A stretch of 64,000 nucleotides of DNA from Candidatus Micrarchaeota archaeon (GCA_018304385.1 JAGVWJ010000008.1:1-64000); one strand, 5' to 3'; numbered from the stretch's first letter, positions 47,603 to 59,224 are shown. The notes: a model not told the origin generated them from the sequence alone. Program-made: numbers and translations.

Positions 47603-47980
47603 ATGACAATGAAATTTACTAAAGACCATGAATGGGTCCGAGTTGAAGGAGAAATTGCTGTTGTAGGGATAACCGATTACGCGCAAAAGGCATTAGGAGA
47701 TATAGTTAGCTTGGAACTACCTAAAATTGGCAGCAAATATGATCAGGGAAAGCATTTTTCCATTGTTGATTCAATGAAAGCAAGCAGCGAAGTTTACGCG
47801 CCGCTTAGCGGAGAGGTTGTTGAGGTTAATTCTGCATTGAATGATAATCCACAATGGATAAATGAAAGTCCTCACGAAAAAGGATGGATTGCAAAATTTA
47901 AAGCTGATAACCTAAGCGAGTTGGATAAGCTTATGAGCGAGGAAGAGTATAGGAAATACTGCGACAAGCATGTCCATTAG
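47603..47980 (+). CDS. gcvH: Glycine cleavage system H protein
   Basis: DHEWV, GITDYAQ, DSMKASSE (lipoyl-Lys), GWIAK. Confidence 0.96.
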   Translation: MTMKFTKDHEWVRVEGEIAVVGITDYAQKALGDIVSLELPKIGSKYDQGKHFSIVDSMKASSEVYAPLSGEVVEVNSALNDNPQWINESPHEKGWIAKFKADNLSELDKLMSEEEYRKYCDKHVH

Positions 47981-48023
47981 CGATGGACATGATGCCCATT
48001 GTTCGATGCGTCGAACAATTGGG
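47969..48023. terminator. Twin hairpins after gcvH (terminator/REP-like)
   Basis: CATGTCCAT-TAGCG-ATGGACATG then CCCATTGTTCGA-TGCG-TCGAACAATTGGG. Confidence 0.6.
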
Positions 48024-48147
48024 AGGATTGAAACATTAGATCTATTGCGTCTATTTTTTTACTAGTAGTGTTATAATCGCAACATTTATAAATATAATTC
48101 TACTTAATGTTAATTAAACCTAACATAAAAGAGATAATGTGATTATT

Positions 48148-49386
48148 ATGATTAACGAAAAAATCAAAAGAGCATTGGTAGAGTTTAACCCTTTTTGGGC
48201 CGCACCAATTAAAATAGAGTACAAAGAAAGAATAATCTACGAGAGATTAAGGAAATTTATAAAAGAACCACAGATTGTTTCGCTATGCGGACTTAGGCGA
48301 GTAGGTAAAACAACAATACTCCAAAAGATAATTTACGATATATTAAAAGAAAATCCTTCAGATTCTATAATCTATTTCTCATTTGATGATTTTCCGACTT
48401 CTGAAATCTTTGATGTTTTAGACACTTTCAAAGATATACATAAGAAAGAGCCAAGGTTCCTGATTTTTGATGAGATACAAAAGCTTCCGAACTGGGCTGA
48501 AAAAGTAAAAATACTTTATGATACAAAAAAATACAAGATATTCGTCTCTGGATCAGAATCACTATTTTTACGTAAAGGTTCGCGAGAAAGCTTAGCCGGC
48601 AGAATCTATGAATTTGAGATAAAGAAACTGAACTTTGTTGAGTACCTGAATTTCGTTAGTAAGATAGATATGATAAAAAAGCCGCAATTGTATGAAACAG
48701 AGTTAAAAATAGAACTTAGAGAGTATCTATTTACTGGTGGTTTTCCAGAGCTGATTGGGAAGGAGGATAAAGCACTGATAAAACAGTATATCAAAACTGC
48801 GATAGTTGAAAAAATAATATTTAATGATATGGCTAGTATCTATCCAATCGAAAGTCCAGAAAAATTAATAGTAATATTAGAAATAATAATGGATAACCCT
48901 GGAATGATTGTAGACTTTTCATCACTATCTCAAGAGATTGGGATAACTAGACAAACACTTTCAAAGTACTTTGAATATTTAGAGATGGCACACCTGGTAG
49001 TAAAATTATATAACTTCTCTAGAAACAAGATAACATCTGAAAAACTACTTAAGAAATTCTATCCAACATTCCTAAGTACAGTCTTAACCGAAGAGAGCGA
49101 GGAAAAAATAGGGAAGATAATAGAAACGACATGCGTAATTTCTACAGATGCAAAATTTTTCTGGAGAGATAAATATAAAGATGAGGTGGACATCGTACTT
49201 CAAAAAGATAAGGAGATAATTCCAATTGAGGTAAAGTACCGAAATCAACCAAGTCAAAATATGGGATTGCGGAAGTTTTGCAAGAAGTATAAATGCAAAG
49301 AAGCGATAGTTGTTACAAAGGATAAACGAGGAGAAAAAGAAGGAGTGAAATTTGTGCCGGTTTATGAGTTTCTTTTGGAGGTTTAA
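48148..49386 (+). CDS. AAA_14/DUF4143-type ATP-binding protein
   Basis: GLRRVGKTT, IFDEIQK, SGS, LAGR, TGGFPE, EVDIV, PIEVKY. Confidence 0.9.
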   Translation: MINEKIKRALVEFNPFWAAPIKIEYKERIIYERLRKFIKEPQIVSLCGLRRVGKTTILQKIIYDILKENPSDSIIYFSFDDFPTSEIFDVLDTFKDIHKKEPRFLIFDEIQKLPNWAEKVKILYDTKKYKIFVSGSESLFLRKGSRESLAGRIYEFEIKKLNFVEYLNFVSKIDMIKKPQLYETELKIELREYLFTGGFPELIGKEDKALIKQYIKTAIVEKIIFNDMASIYPIESPEKLIVILEIIMDNPGMIVDFSSLSQEIGITRQTLSKYFEYLEMAHLVVKLYNFSRNKITSEKLLKKFYPTFLSTVLTEESEEKIGKIIETTCVISTDAKFFWRDKYKDEVDIVLQKDKEIIPIEVKYRNQPSQNMGLRKFCKKYKCKEAIVVTKDKRGEKEGVKFVPVYEFLLEV

Positions 49387-49388
49387 GC

Positions 49389-49877
49389 ATGGGTGTAACA
49401 ATCAGAAAATTCCAGAAAAAGGATTACAAACAACTCCTTAACCTAGTCACCGAACTTCGTAAAACCAGTGAGAAACAACATGTATCAAAAAAACTTTTAT
49501 CATTAATAAGATACAAAAAGCATAAGAAACAGATTAGGGAGGATATTAAAAGGTATGTAAATTTTGAACCTAAAGTAGCGGCTTTTTTTGTAGCAAAGAA
49601 AAAGAGTACGCTGATTGGGTACATCTGGGGGAACATTAACAGAAGAAGAGGAAGAGTTCTGGATAGAATCGGTTTCATCGAGGATTGGTTTGTCAAAGAG
49701 GAATACCGAAGGAAGAACATAGGAACTATACTCTGGGATAGGATGATAACGTGGTTCAAAAGAAAAAAATGCAATGGCTTGGAGTTAGAAGTATTTCCAA
49801 ATAACCATGAAGCAATCGAAATATATCATGCATTTGGCTTTGTTGATAAGTCTATCAAAATGATAAAGAAACTGTGA
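49389..49877 (+). CDS. GNAT family N-acetyltransferase
   Basis: FVKEEYRRKNIG, AIEIYHAFGF. Confidence 0.9.
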   Translation: MGVTIRKFQKKDYKQLLNLVTELRKTSEKQHVSKKLLSLIRYKKHKKQIREDIKRYVNFEPKVAAFFVAKKKSTLIGYIWGNINRRRGRVLDRIGFIEDWFVKEEYRRKNIGTILWDRMITWFKRKKCNGLELEVFPNNHEAIEIYHAFGFVDKSIKMIKKL

Positions 49878-50004
49878 AGATTCTTCAGCTAATGATTATA
49901 CTATCGAGTCCAAGTGGAGGACTCAGATAAAACCAAGATTCAAGAGCAAGTGCTTATAAATTTTATTGCAGTAATGTGTTCAACTAATTTTAGAGGGGGA
50001 GATA

Positions 50005-51267
50005 ATGAATTATATACCGATTACAGAGCAAGACGAGAAGGAAATGTTATCTTTGCTTGGTTTAAAAAGCATTGACGAATTGTTTGTAAATGTGCCAGCG
50101 AAGCTGGAACGTGAACTTGCATTGGATGCACCGCTTAGCGAACTTGAAGTTAGAAAAAAACTGCATGAATTAAGCGATAAAAATAAACCAATGAAATACT
50201 TTCGCGGTGCAGGTAGCTATTGGCATTACGTTCCTTCAGCAGTTAATCATATTATTTTACGTGGTGAATTTTTTACTGCATATACCCCTTATCAACCAGA
50301 AGTAAGCCAAGGAACGCTCCAGGCAATTTATGAATTCCAAACGCTAATATGCGCATTAACTGGTATGGATGTTGCGAATGCAAGCATGTACGATGCAGCT
50401 AGTGCTGCTGCAGAAGCAATGCTTCTTGCAAGAAGTGAAAATGAAAAAAATGAGGTAGTAATTGCAAATGAAATAAATCCGCAGTATGTTGAAACATTGA
50501 AAACATATGCGAATGCTTGCGGATTTGTTATTAGTAATGAGTTAAGCGAACGAACAAGTTGTGTATTTATCCAACAACCAAATTATCACGGAAGTATTGA
50601 AAACCTGCATAAATTTGTTGCAGATGCACATGAAAAAGGAGCAATTGTCTGTGTGATTGTCGGCGAGCCTACAAGCTTAGCAATTATCGAACCGCCAGGA
50701 AATTTTGATGTTGATATTGTTGTTGGAGATTTACAATGCTTTGGTAATGGATTAAATTTCGGCGGGCCAACTGGCGGGTTTATGGCTGTAAAGAAAAATC
50801 TTACTAAGAGAATTCCTGGAAGGCTTTGTGGACTAACTACTGACACACGCGGTAACCAGGGGTTTACTTTGACATTGCAGGCGCGCGAGCAGCATATACG
50901 CCGTGAGAAAGCTACTAGCAACATATGTACTAATCAGGCACTAAACGCATTGATCTCAACAGTTTATCTTTCATTACTTGGAAAAACAGGTTTGCAAAAT
51001 GTTGCAGCTAGAAATTATAAGAATGCACATGCACTTTGCAAGAAGCTAGAGGCAGTAGGCTTTAGGCTTTTGAACACTGCACCTTTCTACAATGAATTTC
51101 TTATGCAAACGCCAGTACCAATCGAGACGCTGAATGCAAAACTTCAAGACAATGGTCTACTTGGTGGCTTAGAAATTGATAAAAATAAATGGCTGCTCTG
51201 TGCAACGGAAATGCTTGATGAAAAAGATATTGAAAAATTTGTTGATATTGTGAAGAGTGTGAGATAA
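50005..51267 (+). CDS. gcvPA: Glycine dehydrogenase subunit 1
   Basis: [41 protein letters not shown]. Confidence 0.97.
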   Translation: MNYIPITEQDEKEMLSLLGLKSIDELFVNVPAKLERELALDAPLSELEVRKKLHELSDKNKPMKYFRGAGSYWHYVPSAVNHIILRGEFFTAYTPYQPEVSQGTLQAIYEFQTLICALTGMDVANASMYDAASAAAEAMLLARSENEKNEVVIANEINPQYVETLKTYANACGFVISNELSERTSCVFIQQPNYHGSIENLHKFVADAHEKGAIVCVIVGEPTSLAIIEPPGNFDVDIVVGDLQCFGNGLNFGGPTGGFMAVKKNLTKRIPGRLCGLTTDTRGNQGFTLTLQAREQHIRREKATSNICTNQALNALISTVYLSLLGKTGLQNVAARNYKNAHALCKKLEAVGFRLLNTAPFYNEFLMQTPVPIETLNAKLQDNGLLGGLEIDKNKWLLCATEMLDEKDIEKFVDIVKSVR

Positions 51268-51268
51268 T

Positions 51269-52696
51269 ATGACAACACCAAAATTAATCTTTGAGTATAA
51301 TACGAAAAACACAGAGCATGTGCCAAACGAAAATGCAGAAGTTGATCTACCAAACGATCTAAAACGCAAAGAACTAAGCATTCCAGATGTAAACGAAGTA
51401 GATGTAATCCGCCATTTCACAGAACTTAGCAAAAAAAATTATGGGGTAGATAATGGGTTTTATCCGCTTGGTTCATGCACAATGAAATATAACCCAAAGA
51501 TAAATGAGGATGTAGCCCGTTTTCATGGCTTTGCTAATTTACATCCACAAAGCCCATTGCTAAACGTGCAAGGCTCATTGCAATTAATGTACGAATTAGA
51601 GCAAATGCTTTGCGAAATAACTGGAATGGATGTATTTAGCTTACAGCCATCAGCAGGCGCGCATGGTGAGCTTACTGCATGCATGATTACAAGAAAACAT
51701 TTCGGTGCGAAACGAAATAAGGTAATAATTCCAGATAGCGCACATGGTACGAATCCTGCAAGCGCAGCAATGTGTGGATTTGAAATTGTAGAAGTGAAAA
51801 CAAATTCTTCTGGTGGTGTTGATTTAGACGAGTTGAGAAGCAAGGTTGACAGTAATACTGCATTGCTTATGCTTACAAATCCAAGTACACTCGGATTATT
51901 TGAAGAGAACATAGTCGAAATAAATAAAATAATGCATGATGCTGGAGCGCTTACATATTGTGATGGAGCAAACATGAACGCAATGCTTGGAATTACACGG
52001 CCAGGTGATCAAGGATTTGACATGATGCATTTAAACTTACATAAAACATTCAGCACGCCGCATGGTGGTGGCGGACCTGGTTCTGGGCCAGTTGGCGTAA
52101 AGAAATTCTTAGAAAAATATCTACCTGTCCCAAGAATAGTCAAGAAAGACGATAGCTACGCACTAGAATTTAACATACAGGAAAGCATTGGTCGCGTGCG
52201 AAGCTTTTTTGGAAACTTTGGCATGCATGTGCGCGCTTATACTTACATTAAGAGTTATGGAAAAATGCTAAAGCGCGTTTCGCAGATTGCTGTTTTAAAT
52301 GCAAACTACATAATGCGCTCTCTTGAGAATCATTATCAACTTCCATACAATAAAACCTGCGCACATGAATGTGTATTTTCTGGTGGGTCATTTGCCAAAT
52401 ATGGAATTCATACAATGGATATTGCTAAGCGCTTATTGGATTATGGGTTCCATGCACCAACAATATATTTCCCATTAATTGTGAAAGAGGCAATAATGAT
52501 TGAGCCAACAGAAACAGAAGGCAAAGCAATGCTCGATGCGTTTATTAACACAATGAAAAAAATAGCTGAAGAGGCAGAAAAAAATCCAGATTTGTTACAT
52601 AATGCGCCAGTCAGCACGCCAGTTGGGAGGTTAGATGGCGTTCGCGCTGCAAGACAACCAAATCTAAGATACGAGCCTGTTTGCAGGATATGCTAA
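51269..52696 (+). CDS. gcvPB: Glycine dehydrogenase subunit 2
   Basis: [44 protein letters not shown]. Confidence 0.97.
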   Translation: MTTPKLIFEYNTKNTEHVPNENAEVDLPNDLKRKELSIPDVNEVDVIRHFTELSKKNYGVDNGFYPLGSCTMKYNPKINEDVARFHGFANLHPQSPLLNVQGSLQLMYELEQMLCEITGMDVFSLQPSAGAHGELTACMITRKHFGAKRNKVIIPDSAHGTNPASAAMCGFEIVEVKTNSSGGVDLDELRSKVDSNTALLMLTNPSTLGLFEENIVEINKIMHDAGALTYCDGANMNAMLGITRPGDQGFDMMHLNLHKTFSTPHGGGGPGSGPVGVKKFLEKYLPVPRIVKKDDSYALEFNIQESIGRVRSFFGNFGMHVRAYTYIKSYGKMLKRVSQIAVLNANYIMRSLENHYQLPYNKTCAHECVFSGGSFAKYGIHTMDIAKRLLDYGFHAPTIYFPLIVKEAIMIEPTETEGKAMLDAFINTMKKIAEEAEKNPDLLHNAPVSTPVGRLDGVRAARQPNLRYEPVCRIC

Positions 52697-52738
52697 TTAT
52701 TTTACATGCGCATTCGCAAATCTACTGAACTTCGTTCG

Positions 52739-54691
52739 CTATCTTTTCAGCATAGCTGAAAATCTTTTTGCTAATTCATTAGCACCATCTGTACCAAGTG
52801 ATGGATTACCTTCCAACAAGAATAGGGCGACTGCTCGATAAAACTGTTTTAAACTATCTTTAACTACAAAGATTGTTCCATCATAAACTGGAACTCCAAG
52901 AACTAGTTTTGGCGGTCTGTAGTGAACACCTTCTTTCTCTAGTGCCTTTCGTATTTCTTCATCTTCAATATTATCTAAAGAGGGAACAGCAACAATATTG
53001 ACGCTTCCATCATTTACTCTAATATAACCATGTTTCTTTGAAATATCTTTTCTTTTTATAAAGTCTCTAAAATCTGCAACTGCCTGTTCATATTTTCTTG
53101 CAATAAAACCAGCATTAATTCCTTCAACAGCTCTTATTTCTAATTTTAAACCGTCAAATCTTTCAGTATAATAACTCGCATCTTTAATTCCAATATCTGC
53201 CAATTGCGATAAATTAACCCTTGTATCTCCAACATATGGAATTTGCACGCTTGGGATGTGGTCTCTTTTTATCCATCCAACATTTAATGCAACTACTGTT
53301 GCGCCAATTAAAATTGCTGCAGTTGTTGCGATCTTAAAAGGAATGCGAACGCTGGCCTTAATTATTTTTCCAACAGTCCATTTTCTTTCTGGCTTGATTT
53401 GTTCTACCTTACCTTCGCCTAGCTCTTGTGTCATTGCAATCTCAAAGTCCTCGCGAAATACACGCATGCTCGGAAATCTTTTTGCAGGATCTTTATCTAA
53501 TGCACGCTGGAATACATCATTTAGAAACTTACCAGCTTTCACACCCATTTCATTTAAGCTAGGTGGCGGTTTTGAAAGATGACCCATGCGAGGATCATCT
53601 TCAAATAATTTTTTCCCAGTTAATGCCTCTACGATTGTGGCAGCCAAAGAATAAACATCTGCTGCTGCAGTTAGCGGCTGCCCCAAAATTGCTTCCCTAG
53701 GCATGTAATGAGGACTTCCCATACTCATTCCGGTCCTAGTCAAATGATCCTGATTTGACTCTCCTTGAATCTTTGCAATTCCAAAATCAGCTACCTTTAC
53801 AAGTAATTTTCCGCCTTCTTCTCTAACAATTATATTTGCTGGTTTTATATCACGATGTAGAACACCTTTGTCATGCGCGTATTCAAGCGCATCAAAAACC
53901 TGCCTGAAAATAGCTAGTAACTCTTTTTGAGATAACCTTTCTCTTTTTCTGTTTTTTTCAGCAAGAATATCTGCAAGGTTTTTTCCTTCGATAAAATTCA
54001 TCACTAATGCAGCTTCGCCTGTTGGAAGAAAATGATAATTATTAAGCTGAACTATGTTTGGGTGATCCAACATTGCAAGTGCTCTTGCCTCCTGCTCGAA
54101 TCGTGCCCTAAATTCAGCACTTTGTGACATAACTAAAAGATTAAGGGATTTTATTGCAACCTTCTGACCAGTTACAGGGTGCTCACCAACGAATACATAA
54201 CCCATACCACCCATTCCGATGAGTTCTTTTACAACGAAACCGGAAATATTTGTATTAATAAATCTCTCTACATCTAAAAGTATTGATGTTGCTTGATCTA
54301 ATGCGCTCGCTAGGATTTTCTCGTCTTCTTTTGTTTGTGGTACTGCGATAACTGCAATATTACCATTTTCCATTCGTGCAAGCTGAATAATTTTTACAAC
54401 CGGGATTATTTCTGCAATTAGAGCAGCGGTCTTAGCAATTCTTTCTTCTATACCATCCTGCAAGGTTTGCTCTCCAACAATTTTTATAAAAACCTCTTTT
54501 CTGCTTTCTGCATGTGAAGCAACATAAATATTGCCTATTGACCTTTGGACAAGATAGTTTGCAATCGTAGTTCCTATCATGGACGTGCGATTAATGGCTT
54601 CTGCTAGCGGCATTGGTTTTATTCCAACAGGAGTAATTCTTCTATCTGCTTGAGTTGGCCCAAGCACATCAACTCGTGGTGGTGTTGCCAT
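52739..54691 (-). CDS. Hanks-type Ser/Thr protein kinase with an N-terminal extension, a TM helix and a C-terminal domain
   Basis: GMGGMGYV, VAIK, HRDIKPAN, DFGIAK, GSPHYMPRE, DVYSL; TM IATTAAILIGATVVAL. Confidence 0.93.
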   Translation of the reverse strand: MATPPRVDVLGPTQADRRITPVGIKPMPLAEAINRTSMIGTTIANYLVQRSIGNIYVASHAESRKEVFIKIVGEQTLQDGIEERIAKTAALIAEIIPVVKIIQLARMENGNIAVIAVPQTKEDEKILASALDQATSILLDVERFINTNISGFVVKELIGMGGMGYVFVGEHPVTGQKVAIKSLNLLVMSQSAEFRARFEQEARALAMLDHPNIVQLNNYHFLPTGEAALVMNFIEGKNLADILAEKNRKRERLSQKELLAIFRQVFDALEYAHDKGVLHRDIKPANIIVREEGGKLLVKVADFGIAKIQGESNQDHLTRTGMSMGSPHYMPREAILGQPLTAAADVYSLAATIVEALTGKKLFEDDPRMGHLSKPPPSLNEMGVKAGKFLNDVFQRALDKDPAKRFPSMRVFREDFEIAMTQELGEGKVEQIKPERKWTVGKIIKASVRIPFKIATTAAILIGATVVALNVGWIKRDHIPSVQIPYVGDTRVNLSQLADIGIKDASYYTERFDGLKLEIRAVEGINAGFIARKYEQAVADFRDFIKRKDISKKHGYIRVNDGSVNIVAVPSLDNIEDEEIRKALEKEGVHYRPPKLVLGVPVYDGTIFVVKDSLKQFYRAVALFLLEGNPSLGTDGANELAKRFSAMLKR

Positions 54692-54695
54692 TTTA

Positions 54696-55742
54696 TCATC
54701 TTTTTAATAGCCTATCAAGTAGTCTTCTTCCTGGAGGCCTTGTATCGGTGGTGCTCTCAAGCGATCCTGCATTACGTAATCTTTCAAGGTCTTCTCTGAC
54801 TTCAGTTGCTGAATCATATCTTTGCGTTTTATCCTTAGAAAGCAATCTTAATGCAACTGCTTCAAGTTCTTTTGAAACAGCAGCATTAAGCGTTCTAACT
54901 GCAGCTGGAGTACGCTCTATGTGCTGCGTTCTAATCATTAGGCTTCTTGTTTTTTCATCAGGATCATCGCTTTTAAATGGAACTGTGCCAGTAAGCAATT
55001 CATACAGAATAATACCAAAAGAGTAGAGATCAGCCTTTGCATCTACATTGCTGCTTGCTATTTGTTCTGGAGACATATATTCTGGGGTTCCCATTGTTAC
55101 TCCCATGGTAGTACGTGTAAAACCTACACCACCTTCTATTCTTGAGACGCCGAAATCAATTATTTTTAATATACCATCTTCACATATAAAAATATTGTCT
55201 GGTTTTAAATCCCGATGAACTATTCCAGTACTGTGTATCTCTTCTAACGCTTCTAATATCAGAATACCCATTGCCACTGCGTCTTTTATTGGAATTCTCA
55301 TATCTTTTAGTATATCAGATAGTACTGCTCCCTTAAGTAATTCAGTAACAAGAAAAGTAGCTTCTGTATCCTCAAAATAATCATAGCAGGTAAGTATAGA
55401 AGGATGGCTAAGTTGTGTTAGAAAGAATGCTTCTGCCCTAAAGCGTTGTGTTATTGCTGGATCTTTCCTTCCTATTTTTATCGCAATCTCGTCACCTACT
55501 GCTAAACCATCCTCAAATCTTCTTCCCTTATATACCGCTCCGACACTACCATCTCCTATTTTTCTTTCTACTAGGTATGTGCCTTTAGTACCTTTAAGTC
55601 TCTTCGCGGTATAATCCTTGACTGGATCTTGGGAAAGAGGTTCCTTTCCAAAAAATGCAGTAGCCCTTCTGACAAATGCCTGCTCGCCACCACGTAGACT
55701 AACAGGTAGGACAAACATTAACTTAGTTCGTTGCTGACTCAT
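54696..55742 (-). CDS. Hanks-type Ser/Thr protein kinase, soluble
   Basis: GDGSVGAVY, IAIK, HRDLKPDN, DFGVSR, GTPEYMSPEQ, DLYSFG. Confidence 0.95.
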   Translation of the reverse strand: MSQQRTKLMFVLPVSLRGGEQAFVRRATAFFGKEPLSQDPVKDYTAKRLKGTKGTYLVERKIGDGSVGAVYKGRRFEDGLAVGDEIAIKIGRKDPAITQRFRAEAFFLTQLSHPSILTCYDYFEDTEATFLVTELLKGAVLSDILKDMRIPIKDAVAMGILILEALEEIHSTGIVHRDLKPDNIFICEDGILKIIDFGVSRIEGGVGFTRTTMGVTMGTPEYMSPEQIASSNVDAKADLYSFGIILYELLTGTVPFKSDDPDEKTRSLMIRTQHIERTPAAVRTLNAAVSKELEAVALRLLSKDKTQRYDSATEVREDLERLRNAGSLESTTDTRPPGRRLLDRLLKR

Positions 55743-55921
55743 GTCATATATTATAGAGGGAAATGTTTATAAAATCACCTTGAAACACAAAAAGTAACAT
55801 ACGTTTAAAACCTTGTGTATTTTCGTCAATTGACGTTTTTCTACCATAATTAGCAACATTGACTGCACTTTGATGCGCTTTTGCTTGCAATTTTTAAATC
55901 TGTTTTGCTAATTACTTACTC

Positions 55922-56800
55922 ATGACAAAACTGCCGCAAGGCGATGAGATACGCGAGTATGAGCACGTAAAAAAACTTACAAAGGATAAAAAACTACATA
56001 CTATTTGCGTTGAGGCGCGCTGTCCGAATATAAATGAATGTTGGGCAGGCGGCACTGCAACATTCCTGCTTATGGGTGATATATGCACACGCTACTGTAG
56101 ATTTTGTCATACTAAAAGCAGCCGTGAAGGATTACCAATGCATGAACTAGCCAGCGAACCAGAAAACTTGGCAAATGCAGTTGGAGAAATGAAACTTGAA
56201 TATATTGTACTGACTTCAGTTGATCGCGATGATTTAGAAAATCAAGGTTCGCAGCATTTTGCAGATTGTGTACGCGCAGTTGAGCAGGCGCATCCAAATG
56301 TAATTATTGAATTGCTTATTCCTGATTTCCGCGGAGATGAATCTTGTATAAAACGGGTTGTTGAATCTGGCGCAGAAGTAATTGGACATAACATGGAAAC
56401 AGTTGAAAGCTTGCAGACAACTGTACGCGATCGACGCGCTGGTTATACACAAAGCCTGCATGTGCTTACTACAATAAAAAAATTAAATCCAAAAATTTAT
56501 ACAAAAACCGCGCTTATGCTTGGTTTAGGTGAGAAAGATGAGGAAATAGAAAAAACAATGGATGATTTACGTGCAATAGATTGTGATATTATTACGTTTG
56601 GGCAATACCTTCAGCCAAGTCGCAAGCATTTAGCAGTGCAAGAATATGTTACACCAGAGAAATTTAAACACTGGCAAAAGCGAGCAGAAGAAAAAGGATT
56701 TTTATACTGTGCATCTGGCCCGTTCGTACGCAGCAGCTACCGTGCTGGCGAGTTTTTTATGAAAGGAGTTATAGAGAAAAGAAAAAAAGAAAAGAAATAG
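55922..56800 (+). CDS. lipA: Lipoyl synthase
   Basis: CVEARCPNINEC (CX4CX5C), CTRYCRFC, RSSY. Confidence 0.97.
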   Translation: MTKLPQGDEIREYEHVKKLTKDKKLHTICVEARCPNINECWAGGTATFLLMGDICTRYCRFCHTKSSREGLPMHELASEPENLANAVGEMKLEYIVLTSVDRDDLENQGSQHFADCVRAVEQAHPNVIIELLIPDFRGDESCIKRVVESGAEVIGHNMETVESLQTTVRDRRAGYTQSLHVLTTIKKLNPKIYTKTALMLGLGEKDEEIEKTMDDLRAIDCDIITFGQYLQPSRKHLAVQEYVTPEKFKHWQKRAEEKGFLYCASGPFVRSSYRAGEFFMKGVIEKRKKEKK

Positions 56801-56807
56801 CTTAAAT

Positions 56808-58151
56808 TTACTCTACACTCCAATTATATCTTTCTTCAGCTCTTGAAACCTTATCTCTTTCAATATAAGTTCTTGCCTTTTCTGAAAAGGTATTTGGATA
56901 AGTATCTTTTTGATACTCGATTTTTAATTTGGCGCGGGACCCTGATTCATCTATGTTAAATATTCCATAATATACGCTATCATGAGTAGTAATTACTATC
57001 TTATTGTTTTTATAATCAGCTTCCCAATCACCAGAAAGTATGACTGATCCGCTATCCTCTACCCCAACAACGCGCTGTTTTTTGTAATATTTTGTATTAT
57101 TGGTGAAAAATACAAGCACATCAGGAGTTTCGTCAATTACCCATTGCTCTGACTTTAGATACCATTCACCAATAAGCTCTCCTTTATGGCCTTTATGAAA
57201 CAAAATTGGATTAGTAAGATACGGTTCCCATGGCGTTGGCACGACTCCGGATACATCTTTGCCCTTTGAAAGTATTGGATCTACTTCTTTTAGATATTTT
57301 TCAACGAACTGTTTTTTCTCATTCTCTTGTAAATAATCAAATGGAGAAACTAGTGTTGCTCCCTTTATGAATTTATACCAATGAACAACACCATCTCGCC
57401 TATGCTGATCTGCAACATTAAATTCAGCAAACTGATATCCTGGCGCATGTGCAAATTTTTCACCATAACCAACTGGATCACCTGCCTTTACCTTATCACC
57501 AGGTTTTACGAGAGATCTTTGAACATGCATATGCTCGCCCCAAAGCCCATCTCCATAATAAATAATTATATTGGGAGTATCAACTGAGCCCCCTTCTAGA
57601 TCATTGACGTAAACAACTACACCATCAGCCCAACTACGAATAGGAATATTATCTTTAATGGATATCCATTCATGATCTAATCCTTCAGCATGGCCTCCTG
57701 GATGCGCCCCATATGCGCCAATCTGAGCGTATAGTATATCCTCTAACTTGGCAGGTAATATAAGTCGTACAGAAGAAGCGCCTTCTGGCAATGGTTGTGT
57801 TACAGCATCAGTAACCCATTCTTTAGGCTTTGCAGCCTCTGGCACTTCACATAATTCATGTGATAGGTTTTTATTACAAAAATCATTGCATCTTCCTACA
57901 TTGCTCTTGCAAAAAACAAAACAATCTTGCAGTGATGAACAAAAACCCATTCCTTTTGTTTGTGTTAGATCCTCTTCTACAGGTTCAGCTTTTTGTTCTT
58001 TTTCTATTTTTATCTCTGGTTTAGTTTCAGTTTTATTTTCCTTTGTAGATGTTTCAATTTTTGTTTCCTCTTTCTTCACTAATGTTTTATTTGTATCAGA
58101 GACATTTACAGTTTTCTCCGTAACATTTTCTTGTTGAACACATCCGCTCAA
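56808..58151 (-). CDS. M23-like lipoprotein with a Cys-rich motif; signal peptide disrupted
   Basis: LSGC lipobox at the start; HAEGLDH, HMHV, VKPGDKVKAGDPVG; the upstream ATG 58162 (MKAY) is out of frame. Confidence 0.7.
   Translation of the reverse strand: MSGCVQQENVTEKTVNVSDTNKTLVKKEETKIETSTKENKTETKPEIKIEKEQKAEPVEEDLTQTKGMGFCSSLQDCFVFCKSNVGRCNDFCNKNLSHELCEVPEAAKPKEWVTDAVTQPLPEGASSVRLILPAKLEDILYAQIGAYGAHPGGHAEGLDHEWISIKDNIPIRSWADGVVVYVNDLEGGSVDTPNIIIYYGDGLWGEHMHVQRSLVKPGDKVKAGDPVGYGEKFAHAPGYQFAEFNVADQHRRDGVVHWYKFIKGATLVSPFDYLQENEKKQFVEKYLKEVDPILSKGKDVSGVVPTPWEPYLTNPILFHKGHKGELIGEWYLKSEQWVIDETPDVLVFFTNNTKYYKKQRVVGVEDSGSVILSGDWEADYKNNKIVITTHDSVYYGIFNIDESGSRAKLKIEYQKDTYPNTFSEKARTYIERDKVSRAEERYNWSVE
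58052..58150. repeat. 99-bp perfect direct repeat, copy 1
   Basis: Identical to 59107-59205; encodes SGCVQQENVTEKTVNVSDTNKTLVKKEETKIE. Confidence 0.92.
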
Positions 58152-58243
58152 TACGCTTTCATTACCAAATACCTAACCTTATAAATTTTTAATACTTGAT
58201 AATAACACGAAATGGTTCCAATTAGATTACCTTTATCCTAAAT

Positions 58244-59224
58244 TTATCTTTCAGTTATATTATGTAGTAAACATCCTGGAGCAACCCAAGCTTCTTGTTT
58301 GTAAACGTCTTTACCAATAAACTCTTCCCAATCATTTGCTAATCTATTTATTTTTTCTTTATACATTGGTTTTAATGAGTTGTCTAAAAATTCAAATGGG
58401 CAATACTTAATAATATTTTGACCCCCAGTCCATACATTAATCTCAACATTTCCAAATTCTATTTTTCCGTAAGAAGGGGATACTTCAGCTAGTTCTTGGC
58501 CCACTAGGACCTTGTCTCCGGGTTTTATACGCACATTATAAACATGCTCAAATCCAACGATCCAAGGAGAGGATTCATGAGTTTTTATAGAAATAAGATA
58601 GTCTTGTGACGGCTCGAAAAAATTCACATCTGTAATAACTCCCTCAATCGGGGATATAACTTTAGTGCCTACAGGAACATTAAACCCTATTTCTGGAAGC
58701 AGCTTGTCACCCATCTCATTAATTACTCTATGAGCAAACTCAGTAAAAATTTTATCGTCAACATAGTTCTTGTTTTCAAATAAAAAATCTCCCGCCATAT
58801 TTGTTTTTCTGTCCCAAGGTTCTATTTTGATGCCTAAATTTTTTAGGACGGGCTCCATTTCTTGTAGTTTCTCTGTTTGTTCCGTTTCTTCTTGAGGTAG
58901 AAAAATTATTTTGCATAGCTCATTCTTACTTCCTTTACAATATGATTCACAACGTCCGCGATTACTCAGGCAAAAATTTTTACATTCTCCTTCTCCTGTA
59001 CATAAATCACCAAGTTTAGGAATCTGGGATGCATTTGAAAGGATTGTTTTATTATATTTTTCCAAAGAATTGTTGAGAGTTGTTTCTGCAGGTAATATGG
59101 ACTCGTTTTCAATTTTTGTTTCCTCTTTCTTCACTAATGTTTTATTTGTATCAGAGACATTTACAGTTTTCTCCGTAACATTTTCTTGTTGAACACATCC
59201 GCTCAGATTGCATAAGTAACTCAT
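58244..59224 (-). CDS. M23-like lipoprotein with a Cys-rich motif; signal peptide missing
   Basis: LSGC; VISPIEGVITDV, FEHV, IKPGDKVLVGQEL; the only nearby in-frame ATG (59224) overlaps the divergent gene start. Confidence 0.65.
   Translation of the reverse strand: MSYLCNLSGCVQQENVTEKTVNVSDTNKTLVKKEETKIENESILPAETTLNNSLEKYNKTILSNASQIPKLGDLCTGEGECKNFCLSNRGRCESYCKGSKNELCKIIFLPQEETEQTEKLQEMEPVLKNLGIKIEPWDRKTNMAGDFLFENKNYVDDKIFTEFAHRVINEMGDKLLPEIGFNVPVGTKVISPIEGVITDVNFFEPSQDYLISIKTHESSPWIVGFEHVYNVRIKPGDKVLVGQELAEVSPSYGKIEFGNVEINVWTGGQNIIKYCPFEFLDNSLKPMYKEKINRLANDWEEFIGKDVYKQEAWVAPGCLLHNITER
59107..59205. repeat. 99-bp perfect direct repeat, copy 2
   Basis: Identical to 58052-58150. Confidence 0.92.

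Noticed and set aside
48139-49386. ATPase as a transposase or integrase helper of a mobile element
   Set aside because: No transposase, integrase or terminal repeats nearby; the motifs fit the common AAA_14/DUF4143 family
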